DNA of 64,000 nt. Origin: Bacteroidales bacterium UBA3297. GTDB taxonomy: Bacteria; Bacteroidota; Bacteroidia; Bacteroidales; Paludibacteraceae. A model generated the notes under the pieces. The model saw nothing but the letters and a program-made list of their open reading frames with translations, had not been told where the DNA came from and did no database searches. Location: positions 1,139 to 65,138 of the forward strand of contig DETD01000026.1 in NCBI GenBank assembly GCA_002362105.1, given 5' to 3'. A program made the translations under genes and the position numbers. The first letter of the stretch is position 1. Each line of letters starts with the position of its first letter. Positions 63,032 to 64,000 of the stretch are shown here, piece by piece.

Positions 63032-64000
63032 ATGAAACTTATTCAAAAAGTACAAAAATGGTTTGCTGACTTCTATCGCAGCATCTCCCGGTTCCCTGTT
63101 GAAACAACTCTTTGCCTCTTTGCTTTTGTTTTGGTTGTTGCCATGTGTGAGATGAACCGGCACAGTTGGATGACAAAAAGCTTCTTCTATGAACGGTTTG
63201 TGCCTGTTGCACTCTTGTATGCGCCTGTTGCGTTTGCTGTAGCTTTCGCTATTAGGGTAGGGTGGATGCAAAGCCAACGGAAATGGACCTCCGTCTGTTA
63301 TGTGCTGTCGGGGTTGCTGGTGCTTGTGCCACCATTTTTCTTCAGCACCCTCGATTTCCAAACTTGCTTCCTATTCCATGCTGGCGTGTATATACTTGCC
63401 CTCTTGTTTGTATTCGCTGTTAGGGGACAGAAAGATAACTATTTGTTCGTTAGCGATGCCATTAAGGTCTGTACTTCGTTGGAGGTTGCCGTTTTTCTGG
63501 CAGGCGCAATCTCGATGGTCTATTATGCTGTCATGGCGTCGGTCTTTTATCTTTTCCTGAGCAATTATGCTTCAGACCAATATCTGTTTTTTAGAATTGT
63601 GTTCGTCTATGTGGGGCTCTTTATTCTGGTTGTTCTTACTCCTTTGACCTTCTGCTATTGCGCCAAAAGTTTGCAAGATAAAGATGCTGCCCGTTTGTCA
63701 AGTTCGTTTGATGTGCTGTATTCTAAAATTCTCTCTCCAGCGCTGGTGTGCTACACCCTTGTTCTCTATCTCTATGCGGCTAAAATTTTAGTTGCATGGG
63801 ACCTGCCTCGTGGAGGGGTGGCATGGATGGTGGTGGCCTATCTTGTTGTTGCGTTTGTGGTTTATATGCTGCAGCCGTTCCTGTCTAAGACTCGCCTTTC
63901 TTTCTTCTTCAAATACCTTCCTTTTATATCAGTGGTGCCGTTGGCGCTATTCTGGGTGGGTATTGTACGCCGAATCAGTGATTATGGACTGACTGAGAGT
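63032..64000 (+). CDS. polytopic membrane protein (possibly DUF4153-type), 3' end outside the window
   Basis: It is not in the ORF track because it has no stop in the window. By hand translation, frame 2 is open from ATG 63032 to the window end: MKLIQKVQKWFADFYRSISRFPVETTLCLFAFVLVVAM... It has many hydrophobic segments. The family assignment is tentative. Confidence 0.6.
   Translation, partial: MKLIQKVQKWFADFYRSISRFPVETTLCLFAFVLVVAMCEMNRHSWMTKSFFYERFVPVALLYAPVAFAVAFAIRVGWMQSQRKWTSVCYVLSGLLVLVPPFFFSTLDFQTCFLFHAGVYILALLFVFAVRGQKDNYLFVSDAIKVCTSLEVAVFLAGAISMVYYAVMASVFYLFLSNYASDQYLFFRIVFVYVGLFILVVLTPLTFCYCAKSLQDKDAARLSSSFDVLYSKILSPALVCYTLVLYLYAAKILVAWDLPRGGVAWMVVAYLVVAFVVYMLQPFLSKTRLSFFFKYLPFISVVPLALFWVGIVRRISDYGLTES

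Noticed and set aside
1-64000. I searched by eye for CRISPR arrays, rRNA genes, additional tRNAs, transposases, integrases, reverse transcriptases, toxin-antitoxin pairs and restriction-modification genes.
   Set aside because: I found none. The only regularly spaced repeats are the cassette duplication and short intragenic repeats. The only tRNA-like T-arm is in tRNA-Ser. No ORF shows DDE, tyrosine or serine recombinase, or RT motifs.

Overview
This window looks like a chromosomal segment of a Bacteroidota genome, probably Bacteroidales and Prevotella-like. The evidence is many TAnnTTTG -7 promoter boxes, T9SS C-terminal sorting domains, hybrid two-component (HTCS) regulators, PorT- and GldJ-like genes, and an rpmB-rpmG-DUF4295 operon. 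Most of the window is housekeeping: rpoA (3' part), rplQ, pyrH, tRNA-Ser, metY-cysK, typA, frr, rsgA, dnaG, lolD-like/cdaA/folP, murF, ftsY, rimO, ribE, metA, rpmB/rpmG. Five stretches look accessory or unusual. (1) A low-G+C island at about 12.8-19.1 kb lies between typA and a DUF5686 gene. It holds a head-to-tail duplicated ~2.85-kb two-gene cassette encoding a secreted WG-repeat protein and an anchored Cys-rich protein. The cassette flanks are almost identical between the copies, but the core of the first gene is strongly diverged. This is my best candidate for an undescribed system, and its function is unknown. (2) Two paralogous HTCS regulators each sit directly upstream of glycoside hydrolases that carry T9SS sorting domains (a GH44-like enzyme, and a GH9 followed by a second GH9). 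No SusC/SusD genes occur anywhere in the window. (3) A G+C-rich, hairpin-rich, internally repeated ~240-nt intergenic element lies upstream of ftsY, and I could not assign it to any RNA family. (4) Two paralogous acidic lipoproteins of unknown function sit next to comF. (5) A single low-G+C membrane-protein gene is inserted between a cytidylate-kinase-like gene and frr. I recognised no rRNA, CRISPR array, integrase, transposase or phage gene. All calls rest on reading the translations and the sequence by eye. No database or folding program was run.
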